A DNA stretch of 64,000 bases from Candidatus Bathyarchaeia archaeon (GTDB lineage: Archaea > Thermoproteota > Bathyarchaeia > 40CM-2-53-6). Location: positions 32,001 through 96,000 of the forward strand of contig JBEKSC010000004.1 in assembly GCA_049517415.1 (NCBI GenBank). The letters run 5' to 3'. Shown here in pieces: positions 10,250 through 19,298 of the stretch; position 1 is the stretch's first letter, and every line of letters begins with the position of its first letter. The notes beneath the pieces are model-generated. The model made no database searches. It had not been told where the DNA came from and was given only the letters and a program-made list of their open reading frames with translations. Position numbers and translations under genes: made by a program.

Positions 10250-11032
10250 TTAGATGAGTCTTCCAAGGTCGTCTACTGTTTCGAATACGGCGTCGGGTTT
10301 GATTCTTGAAAGCTTGATCGTTTCTCGTGTCTCCACTCCGGTAAGAACTAGAATTGTGTGTACGCCAGCCTTGCGGGCTCCCAGGACGTCGGTTTCTATT
10401 TGGTCTCCAATCATAACGGCGTGAGAAGGTCTTTCGCATGCTAGTTGAAGTGCCAGCTGGAACATTCGCGGCGACGGTTTACCGATCATAATCGCCCTCT
10501 TGTTCGACCCGTACTCCAACGCCTTGATGATCGGCCCCGCTGAAAGCGCAGGCCCATGGTCACTCATGTAAACCGCGCCACCGTAGCTGCCGACTAGCTT
10601 AGCCCCTTCACGTAGGAATCTGAGGGCATCGTCCAATTTTTCATATGTCAATTTTCTGTCGAAACCGACTACCACAACCTGAGGCTCGGTCTCTGAAACT
10701 TGATGGCCTGCTGTTTCAAGTTCGCGTTTCAACCCGTCCTCGCCAACTAGGAAAAACGACGCTTTTCCAAACTTTCGGGTGAGGTAATTCGCCGTGAGGA
10801 AACTTGATGTTAGTATATCGTCCACGGCGAATGCGAAGCCTAGGTTCGCTAGGTTTTGTTGAATCTCTTGCCGCGTGTGTGTCGAGTCGTTTGTAAGAAC
10901 GAGCGCCTTCTTTCCTAGAGCCTTGATCTTCTCTACAACTTCACGGCCACCCAAATAGCGTGGGGTTTCCTTTCCGATTGAGAGCACACCGTCAAGGTCA
11001 AAGAAGAAGACCTTCATTGAACTTAGCTTCAT
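10250..11032 (-). CDS. HAD-IIA hydrolase (NagD-like)
   Basis: DLDGV, LTND, GKP, IGDQIETD, VLTG. Confidence 0.9.
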   Translation of the reverse strand: MKLSSMKVFFFDLDGVLSIGKETPRYLGGREVVEKIKALGKKALVLTNDSTHTRQEIQQNLANLGFAFAVDDILTSSFLTANYLTRKFGKASFFLVGEDGLKRELETAGHQVSETEPQVVVVGFDRKLTYEKLDDALRFLREGAKLVGSYGGAVYMSDHGPALSAGPIIKALEYGSNKRAIMIGKPSPRMFQLALQLACERPSHAVMIGDQIETDVLGARKAGVHTILVLTGVETRETIKLSRIKPDAVFETVDDLGRLI

Positions 11033-11248
11033 TCTACTTCCCCATTCTCCAACTTATTCGATTGTATGGCAAGATAGTAATTTTCGCCCATCGAAGGGCT
11101 TGAAACTCGGGTCTTGTTGGACCTGTTGCTAAGTAAACATTATTTTGTAAGAAACGGGCTGTGTCTGGTTCGGTTTTGACACGTAGTGCGTACTTAATCA
11201 TACATGTCAATTGCAATTGAGGGTGTGGTAACTTGAGACATGTAGCTG

Positions 11249-13852
11249 TTGTTTTCGATGAGAGTCTGGTCGATATTAACAGCGCTCCTAATGGTATCTT
11301 TACTGATTATCTCAAGCTCTGCCGTTTCACCAGTTAAGGCTACGGCGGTGTGGAGGGATATCACACCCGCGGCCTACCTTAATCCCCCGCAGGATCCGGT
11401 CTTGGGGGCCGTGTACATGTTTCCGCCGGACTCTAGTTCACCTGAAGAAGGATGGGCTATTGGAACAATCCAAGCACCGACCAATGCTGACACGAGTTTG
11501 CCCGCGATATTCCACTACGACGGTTCGTTCTGGAACCCGGTTCCTGCACCGAGGATCCCGGCCTTTCCAGCCTTACAGTGTCCGTACAACTTGAATGGGT
11601 TGAGCTTCGGCCCACCAAACCAACCCATTAGTAAGAATGATGGGTGGGCCGTTGGTCAGTTAGTGTTCATTGACGATGTGCATGCGCAGGTGATTACCAC
11701 GAACACCGAATGTGAAGCACATAACGCGACAGCGATTCATTGGGACGGTGTTGCTTGGAGGCCTGAGCTGTCAGGGTTATCCGGGTTCGAAGCTGGAACA
11801 CTTAACTCAGTTTTCATGGTAAGCCCGACTGATGTCTGGGCGGTGGGGCAAGATCAAGGAGGTTGCCCGACTTGTCATGGGACGGTTTGGCATTGGACAG
11901 GAGTCCCAGGCCTCGGCGGTGGTTGGAACCTTGTATATACCGATCCGACACTAAATTCCGTTTTAGATTCCGTTTTCATGGTAAGCTCAACGGAGGGATG
12001 GGCTGTCGGCCGGGACGGCACTATACTCCACTATTTCGGTGGGACATGGACACCTTTTCCTTCCCCGTTCCCCACATCAGTATGCGTCATATCATGCGAA
12101 CTATTCTCTGTTTACATGATCAGTCCCACGGAGGGCTGGGCGACCGGAGTTCGAGGACTCATAATCCATTACAGCCAGGGAATATGGTCTGGCCCCGTAA
12201 GCCCCGGGATAACTACCGACGATTTGTTCTCGGTTTTCATGGTTTCGTCTGGAGAAGGTTGGGCTACGGGAGGAGGAATCCTAACGGAAACAAGTGCAAC
12301 AATACTTCATTATACTGGAGGCGTTTGGACCCAACTGCCCGTCAATCTGCTTCCATTCTCCCCGACCGTCGATTTCAGTCTCAACTCTGTGTACTTCACT
12401 ACCCCCACCGATGGTTGGGCTGTCGGCGGTTTCGGGTTGATCATTCATTTCGATGGAAGTAACTGGGGATCGATAACCAGCCCAACTACAAACAATTTCA
12501 CATCCGTTAATTTCGGTCCACCATTGATTGGGCCAATAAACCCGAATGATGGTTGGGCGGTTGGAAACGTTTCGTTAACCGCGCCAACCGAACCGACCAT
12601 CTACCACTGGAACGGATTCGCGTGGACTAAGGGCATCACGATTGGAGTATCGAATGATTTGAACAGCGTATTCATGCTCAATGGGGGAGACGTCTGGACT
12701 GTTGGCGGCGGCCCACATTCTACGGCATCATGTCCCGCAACGCCTATCGCCCTGTGCCCAGTCATACTGCACTTTACGGGCGGCGCGTGGAATACCGTAA
12801 CCCCGCCCCCGGGCACTTACCGACTCAAATCAATATTCATGGTGACTTCGACCGAAGGATGGGCAGTTGGTGAACAAGCTGGTTCCACGGGAATTATTCT
12901 TCACTATACTGTAACTGGTGGCGTTGGAACTTGGGGCATATTTCCTTCGGCCTCTACGATCAGCGGCTTAAATTCGGTCTTCATGCTCAGCCCCTTCGAA
13001 GGATGGGCTGTGGGTGACAATCAGACAATCTTGCATTACACTGTCACAGGCGGAGTCGGAACCTGGAACCCGGTGACGGTTAGTGGAACGCCAACATTGT
13101 CCGGCGACGCGAATCTCACATCAGTCTTCATGTTGAGCACAACAAGTGGTTGGGCTGTGGGAGGAATTCAGGCGGGCAGCTCATCATCCGCTGGCCCAGT
13201 AATCTTGTATTGGGATGGTACAAAATGGACCCAAGTGGCAACGCCGACAATCCCCGGCGGGATTTCGCCAACAGGTCACACAAGCGCCACATTGAAATCC
13301 GTATTTTGTTCGGGACCGAATGATTGTTGGGCATCCGGTCTGCCAGGCAAAATTTTCGCTACCCTCTTCCATTGGGACGGCGTAACGTGGACGAATATTC
13401 CAACAATGCCTGCGTTGCTCGGACAGGTTCCGCCAATCCTAACTTCAATTTACATGACTGGCCCTGACACTGGTTGGATCGTTGGGTCGGCCCCTGAATT
13501 TCCGTCAATTCTCGCCCAAGATTTTTCCGTTGGCGGGACCGCAGCCCTCTCAACGATGCTTCGCGCAGCACCATTTGTCGTATTTCAGACAGCAACAAAC
13601 ACCGTAACTTCAATCGTGACAACTCAAACTACTTCCTTGACAGGAGTGGCAACATCCGTCAACACATTTTTCACAACCGTCACAAGCACAAACACAACGG
13701 TCGGGCCTCCTGCACCTGGTGGGGCTTTAGTTCCTGTAATTGTGGCAATCGTTCTAACGCTCATTCTCGGCTTGTTAGCAGTATTCTATTTCTTAACGCG
13801 AAGACGACCCAGACGCCCAGTGATACTTTACCCGATTCCGAGAAGACCCTAG
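11249..13852 (+). CDS. Secreted, C-terminally membrane-anchored beta-propeller repeat protein
   Basis: Signal peptide; many L.SVFM.S..EGWAVG..G.I.H..G..W repeats; Thr linker, TM helix, Arg/Pro tail. Confidence 0.85.
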   Translation: MFSMRVWSILTALLMVSLLIISSSAVSPVKATAVWRDITPAAYLNPPQDPVLGAVYMFPPDSSSPEEGWAIGTIQAPTNADTSLPAIFHYDGSFWNPVPAPRIPAFPALQCPYNLNGLSFGPPNQPISKNDGWAVGQLVFIDDVHAQVITTNTECEAHNATAIHWDGVAWRPELSGLSGFEAGTLNSVFMVSPTDVWAVGQDQGGCPTCHGTVWHWTGVPGLGGGWNLVYTDPTLNSVLDSVFMVSSTEGWAVGRDGTILHYFGGTWTPFPSPFPTSVCVISCELFSVYMISPTEGWATGVRGLIIHYSQGIWSGPVSPGITTDDLFSVFMVSSGEGWATGGGILTETSATILHYTGGVWTQLPVNLLPFSPTVDFSLNSVYFTTPTDGWAVGGFGLIIHFDGSNWGSITSPTTNNFTSVNFGPPLIGPINPNDGWAVGNVSLTAPTEPTIYHWNGFAWTKGITIGVSNDLNSVFMLNGGDVWTVGGGPHSTASCPATPIALCPVILHFTGGAWNTVTPPPGTYRLKSIFMVTSTEGWAVGEQAGSTGIILHYTVTGGVGTWGIFPSASTISGLNSVFMLSPFEGWAVGDNQTILHYTVTGGVGTWNPVTVSGTPTLSGDANLTSVFMLSTTSGWAVGGIQAGSSSSAGPVILYWDGTKWTQVATPTIPGGISPTGHTSATLKSVFCSGPNDCWASGLPGKIFATLFHWDGVTWTNIPTMPALLGQVPPILTSIYMTGPDTGWIVGSAPEFPSILAQDFSVGGTAALSTMLRAAPFVVFQTATNTVTSIVTTQTTSLTGVATSVNTFFTTVTSTNTTVGPPAPGGALVPVIVAIVLTLILGLLAVFYFLTRRRPRRPVILYPIPRRP

Positions 13853-14342
13853 GGCCACCTGACCGCGTTTGAGTCGCAAGACAACTCCGAAACTTGGGAG
13901 CCAAAGGACCGAATGTAAACCAAACCGGGAAGAACGTGTTTTGAAAAAGTAGCTTGTTTGTCTAACGTGATTCTGGCGACTGTTTCCAAGTCGACTTGAA
14001 CAAGCGGCAGAAATTTTGAGCGCTCAAAACCTCGAAAAGAATCTCTCCAAGTCGCGAATATGGAGCTCTGATGGGATTTTTTTCAAGCAGATAGGCGCAC
14101 TGAGTGCTCGAACCAACTTCGATTGATGCTAGTACTCGGCATTAATGACAACGGCGATTAGAACTCAACATTTTGCATGGCACTTTATTTTTTTCCATAA
14201 CATAAATGCTGAACCATAATAACTTAATTTCTCGCCGCTTTTGCTTTGAAAAGGATGATTCGAGACCATTTTAATAGGAACGGTTGAGTTTTGAACGGTT
14301 TGAACGAAAAGGACGATTACACTAGACTAGGCGATAGGCTAC

Positions 14343-17300
14343 ATGGTTAAGATGTCTCAAAAAATAGTCCTATCGCTCTTGATTATTCAGTTTGCCATAT
14401 CAGGCCTCGTTGTTGCGACCCCGGTCGCAGCGAATGGAACGTTCGGTGTCACCCTAGCCTCAAGCTGCGGATCCGCCGGCGGGTCCGTGAAATTTGGTCC
14501 TTACGGAGTCGTCAACGTCGGCCAGACAATAAGTGTGGTTCTTGGAACGTACTCGCTTCAGTACATACCCAACGCTGGTTACGCGTTCCATTCTTGGTCG
14601 ACCACGGGAGGCCTTTTCGTCGCCTCATCAAACAGTCCTAGCACTACATTGCAAGTTGGGGGGACAGGCACCCTAACGGTAAACTGCGGCACCCAAACAA
14701 CGACCACGACGACTTCAACTACGACGATTTCAACAACTACGACGCCTCCAACGACTACTGCTACGACTACGACGCCTCCGACGACGACTTCAACTACTAC
14801 GAAACCTCCAACGACGACTTCAACTACTACGAAACCTCCAACGACGACTTCAACAACTACGACGCCTCCAACGACTACTGCTACGACTACGACGCCTCCG
14901 ACGACGACTTCAACTACTACGAAACCTCCAACGACGACTTCAACAACTACGAAACCTCCAACGACGACTTCAACAACTACGACGCCTCCGACGACGACTT
15001 CAACAACCACGTCGTCTTCGGCTCCATCAACGGTGACCGTAACCATCACTAACACTCAGACCTCAGTCTCCGTGACAACTGTGACTGTTACTGCTGCGAG
15101 TACCGCGTCAGCGACTGTGACCAACACTGTTACTTCTTCAACGACCATCACGACCACGAATACTAAATCAACGACCAGCATCCTTACTGCCGCTACCTTT
15201 ACGACGACTCCGACTACAACTGCTGCGACTGTTACTACGACGCCCACTACGACTGCGGCGACTGTGACGGCTACTCGGACAGCTTCTACTGCTACGATTA
15301 CTTCGACTTCCACGGGTTCGACTGTAACGACGACTCCTACTCAGACTGCTTCCGTGGTGACAACTACGCCTACTACGACGGCTGCCACGGTAACGACGAC
15401 GCCCACTACGACTGCAGCCATTGTAACTACAACGCCGACCCAGACAGCGTCTGCAGTAACAACAACTCCAACTACGACGGCGTCTACCCAGAGCGTTACC
15501 GTAACTACGACGGCGGCTACTCAATCTGTCACTTTGACTTCAACCGCGTCGTCTACTACGACTGAGGTTGCTACTTCGACGGTGACCACTTCGCTTTCAG
15601 GAGCTTTGACCACGTATACGACTACGATTAGTTCTACGGTTCCGTCTACGACTGTGAGTTTGTCTACGGTTGCTACAACTTTGTCTGGTGCTTCGACTTC
15701 GTATACGACTACGATTAGTTCGACGATTCCGTCGACGACTCTGAGCCTGTCGACGATTACTACGACGTTATCTGGTGTTTCAACTACGTATACGACGACG
15801 ATCTCTTCGACTGTTCCTTCGGCTACTGTGAGTTTGGCTACGGTTACTACGACGTTGTCTGGTCAGTTGACGACTTATACGACGACGGTTGTTTCGGTGG
15901 TGCCTTCGACGACTGTGAGCTTATCCACGGTTACTACGACGGTGTCTGGTACGTTGACTACGTATACGACGACGATCAGGTCGACTGTTCCTTCGACTAC
16001 TGTGAGTTTGTCGACGGTTGCGACTAGGTTGTTTGGTACTGAGACTACGTATACGACTACGATTAGTTCAACGATTCCGTCGACGACTGTGAGTTTATCC
16101 ACGGTTACGACTTCGGTTTCGGGTCAGTTGACTACGTATACGACGACGGTTACTTCGTTGGTTCCTTCTACGACTGTGAGTTTGTCTACGGTTACGACGG
16201 CGTTGTCTGGTGTTTCGACTACGTATACGACTACGGTTCCTGTGACGGTTCCGTCTACTACGGTTGCTACTGAGACAACTTCAACTGCGTTGTCGGGTGC
16301 GACTACGACTTATACGACTACGCTTTCATCTACGATTCCTTCGACGACCGTGAGCTTGTCGACGGTTACTACGACTTCGTCTGGTGAGTCGACGGTTTAC
16401 ACGACTACGGTTTCGTCTACGGTTCCTTCGACGACTGTGACTTCGTTGACGACGTTTACTACGAGTGTTCCGACTACCGTAACTTCTACGGTTAGCACGG
16501 TTACTTTTCCGACCAGTACTCGGACTGTTCTCACTACCTATACGACTAGTGTTCCGACTACGGTTACATCTACAGTATCTACAGCTACAGCCACGCTTCA
16601 CACTACGACTAACACGGTGTTGACGACTTATACGGCGACGATTACTTCGGCTGTTCCGTCTACTACAGTTTCGTTGTCGACGGTTACGACGGCTTTGTCT
16701 GGTGTTTCGACTACGTATACAACTACGATCTCGTCTACGGTTCCGTCTACTACGGTTGCTACTGAGACGACTTCGACTGCGTTGTCGGGTGCGACTACGA
16801 CCTACACGACGACGATTAGTTCTACGGTTCCGTCTACGACTGTGAGCTTATCGACGGTTACGACGGCGTTGTCTGGTACTTCGACTACGTATACTACCAC
16901 GATCTCTTCGACTGTTCCTTCGGCTACTGTGAGCCTGTCGACGGTTACGACTACGTTGTCGGGTCAGTCGACGACTTATACGACTACGATTAGTTCAACG
17001 ATTCCTTCGACGACTGTGAGCTTGTCAACGGTTAGTACGATTTTGTCTGATGCTTCGACCGTTTATACGACTACGTTGTCATCTACGATTCCTTCGACGA
17101 CTGTGAGCCTGTCGACGATTACTACGACGTTGTCTGGTGCTTCGACTACGTACACGGCGACGATTACTTCGACGATTCCGTCTACGACTCTGCTCTACAT
17201 TACGGTTACTACGACGTTGTCTGGTCGGTCTACGACTTATACGGCGACGCATGTTTCGACTGTTCCGTCTACGACTCTGCTTGAAATTACGGTTACTACG

Positions 17301-19133
17301 ACTTCGTCTGGTACTGCGACTACGTATACGACTACGATTTCTTCGACTGTTCCTTCGACGACTGTGAGCTTGTCGACGGTTACGACTACGTTCTCTGGTT
17401 CTGCGACTACGTATACGGGTACGATTACTTCGACTGTTCCGTCTACTACCGCTTCGTTGCTTACGACTTATACGACGAGTGTTCCGACGACGGAGACGTC
17501 GACGGTTGCTACGGTTACGTTCCCGACTACGACTGAGATTTTGCTGACGACTTACACGACTAGTGTTCCTGTGACGGAGACGTCTACTTCTACGGTAACT
17601 TCGACGACTTCGACTAGTACTTCAACGGTATTGACGACGGTTAGCACGTATGATTCGACGACTGTGACATCAACGCAAACTTCGACGACGTCTACGAGCA
17701 CATCGCTAACTACGACTACTGCAAATGTTGCTACGACTACGGTTTCAACGGTTACTTCTACGGTTCCAACGACGACCGTGGTTTCAGTGACAACCACAAC
17801 GACGAGTGTTCCTACTACAACGGTTTCAACGTCGACTTTGACGATTGTTACTTCGACTCAAACTTCAGTTACGCTGACTACGACCAGTGTCCCCACGACG
17901 ACCGTGTCAACATCTACTATAACGACGCCGTCTACGACTGTGAGTTTGGCTACGGTTACTACGACGCTTTCTGGTCAGTTGACGACTTATACGACGACGA
18001 TCGTTTCCACGGTTCCGTCTACGACTGTGAGCCTATCAACGGTTACTACGACTTCTACGTTGACTACTACAACTTCGACATCAACTTCGACGATTCGCAC
18101 TACAATAAGCACTTATGATTCAACAACGGTCACCGGGACTGTTACTGTGACTGCTTCGGTTGTGACAACGACGCCCACCGTGACGGCGTCTACGGTGACG
18201 ACCACTCCAACGACGACAGCTGCGACTGTTACGGCCACTTCAACCGGGTCCACCCAAACTGTTACTGCGACTTCGACCACGACTAAGGCTACTTCTACGG
18301 TTACGGCTACTACGACTGGGTCTACTCAAACGGTTACTGCAACTACGACCGGTGCGACTTCGACTGTTACGGCCACTTCAACCGGGTCCACCCAAACTGT
18401 TACTGCGACTAAGACTGGTTCAACGGCAACTGTGACTAGCACTTCGACGCAATCTGCAACGGTGACCAACACTGCAACAATTACTCTTACTAATACTCAG
18501 ACCGCGCCCACGGTTACTGTGACGCCTACTGTAACCGAGACGCTTTCTACTGTGACGGTTACCACAACATGCCAAGGAGGTGTGTCGGGCCAGGTCTCAG
18601 CAGACCACGAAGGAGGTGGATGTTCGACCGTTACGGTTACAGGATCCTCAACTGTGACTGTCACTCCAACAGTCACTACAACTGCGGCAACTGTGACCGT
18701 CACTGCAACCACGAGTGTTTCTACTATTACTGTTACTAGTGGGACGACAGCGACGACAACTCTAAGCGGAGGAATCCTCGCCTGTTCCTTAGGTTACTGG
18801 AAGAACCACGACAGCCAATGGCCATCAGCATACAGCCCGAGTCAGACAATTGGTAGCGTCTTCTCACTGCCGTCGGGAGATCAGTATGCTTCCATGACGC
18901 TGCAACAAGGCCTAAGCTTGTCAGGCAATGGGGAACCCAACTTGCTTAGACAGGCAATTGCTGCGCTACTTAACTCGGCCAATCCAACTATCGGCCCCGA
19001 CTACCCGCTAACTACGAGTCAAGTCATAAGTCAAGTAGACGCAGCCATAGCGAGCGGCGACAGTAACCAGATGAACACTCTTCAAACGAACCTGGCTTAC
19101 TGGAACTCGAACTTCACATGCCCGCTAAGCTAG
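14343..19133 (+). CDS. Giant Thr/Ser-rich secreted surface protein with C-terminal GYWKNH domain
   Basis: Signal peptide, small N-terminal beta domain, long Thr/Ser/Val repeat stalk, C-terminal CSLGYWKNH...LLRQAIAALLN...CPL. Confidence 0.85.
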   Translation: MVKMSQKIVLSLLIIQFAISGLVVATPVAANGTFGVTLASSCGSAGGSVKFGPYGVVNVGQTISVVLGTYSLQYIPNAGYAFHSWSTTGGLFVASSNSPSTTLQVGGTGTLTVNCGTQTTTTTTSTTTISTTTTPPTTTATTTTPPTTTSTTTKPPTTTSTTTKPPTTTSTTTTPPTTTATTTTPPTTTSTTTKPPTTTSTTTKPPTTTSTTTTPPTTTSTTTSSSAPSTVTVTITNTQTSVSVTTVTVTAASTASATVTNTVTSSTTITTTNTKSTTSILTAATFTTTPTTTAATVTTTPTTTAATVTATRTASTATITSTSTGSTVTTTPTQTASVVTTTPTTTAATVTTTPTTTAAIVTTTPTQTASAVTTTPTTTASTQSVTVTTTAATQSVTLTSTASSTTTEVATSTVTTSLSGALTTYTTTISSTVPSTTVSLSTVATTLSGASTSYTTTISSTIPSTTLSLSTITTTLSGVSTTYTTTISSTVPSATVSLATVTTTLSGQLTTYTTTVVSVVPSTTVSLSTVTTTVSGTLTTYTTTIRSTVPSTTVSLSTVATRLFGTETTYTTTISSTIPSTTVSLSTVTTSVSGQLTTYTTTVTSLVPSTTVSLSTVTTALSGVSTTYTTTVPVTVPSTTVATETTSTALSGATTTYTTTLSSTIPSTTVSLSTVTTTSSGESTVYTTTVSSTVPSTTVTSLTTFTTSVPTTVTSTVSTVTFPTSTRTVLTTYTTSVPTTVTSTVSTATATLHTTTNTVLTTYTATITSAVPSTTVSLSTVTTALSGVSTTYTTTISSTVPSTTVATETTSTALSGATTTYTTTISSTVPSTTVSLSTVTTALSGTSTTYTTTISSTVPSATVSLSTVTTTLSGQSTTYTTTISSTIPSTTVSLSTVSTILSDASTVYTTTLSSTIPSTTVSLSTITTTLSGASTTYTATITSTIPSTTLLYITVTTTLSGRSTTYTATHVSTVPSTTLLEITVTTTSSGTATTYTTTISSTVPSTTVSLSTVTTTFSGSATTYTGTITSTVPSTTASLLTTYTTSVPTTETSTVATVTFPTTTEILLTTYTTSVPVTETSTSTVTSTTSTSTSTVLTTVSTYDSTTVTSTQTSTTSTSTSLTTTTANVATTTVSTVTSTVPTTTVVSVTTTTTSVPTTTVSTSTLTIVTSTQTSVTLTTTSVPTTTVSTSTITTPSTTVSLATVTTTLSGQLTTYTTTIVSTVPSTTVSLSTVTTTSTLTTTTSTSTSTIRTTISTYDSTTVTGTVTVTASVVTTTPTVTASTVTTTPTTTAATVTATSTGSTQTVTATSTTTKATSTVTATTTGSTQTVTATTTGATSTVTATSTGSTQTVTATKTGSTATVTSTSTQSATVTNTATITLTNTQTAPTVTVTPTVTETLSTVTVTTTCQGGVSGQVSADHEGGGCSTVTVTGSSTVTVTPTVTTTAATVTVTATTSVSTITVTSGTTATTTLSGGILACSLGYWKNHDSQWPSAYSPSQTIGSVFSLPSGDQYASMTLQQGLSLSGNGEPNLLRQAIAALLNSANPTIGPDYPLTTSQVISQVDAAIASGDSNQMNTLQTNLAYWNSNFTCPLS
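14725..15010 (+). repeat. Coding 30-bp tandem repeat (TTTSTTT[K/T]PP), about 9 units
   Basis: acgacgacttcaactactacgaaacctcca and variants in tandem; boundaries approximate. Confidence 0.85.
15570..17560 (+). repeat. Coding 87-bp (29-aa) degenerate tandem repeats
   Basis: Unit STVPSTTVSLSTVTTTLSGxxTTYTTTIS recurs many times; boundaries approximate. Confidence 0.8.
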
Positions 19134-19298
19134 ACCAAGCCAGAGCGGCCAGCAGCAGTCCGTAACATTACCACCTAACAAAACGGTGAGCTTGAATTTC
19201 AGTTGATCATAAATTGGATGCTAAAGTTTAGTCGAAAGAAAATTTGACTTGATTAATGTTATTAGCCGTTCGTCACGTATTAGAAATGGCTGACTTCG

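Noticed and set aside
14725..15010. CRISPR-like periodicity
   Set aside because: In-frame coding tandem repeats with no unique spacers and no cas genes
14579..18712. Long Val-rich minus-strand ORFs
   Set aside because: Antisense shadows of Thr (ACN) repeats; the same applies at 36318..37482
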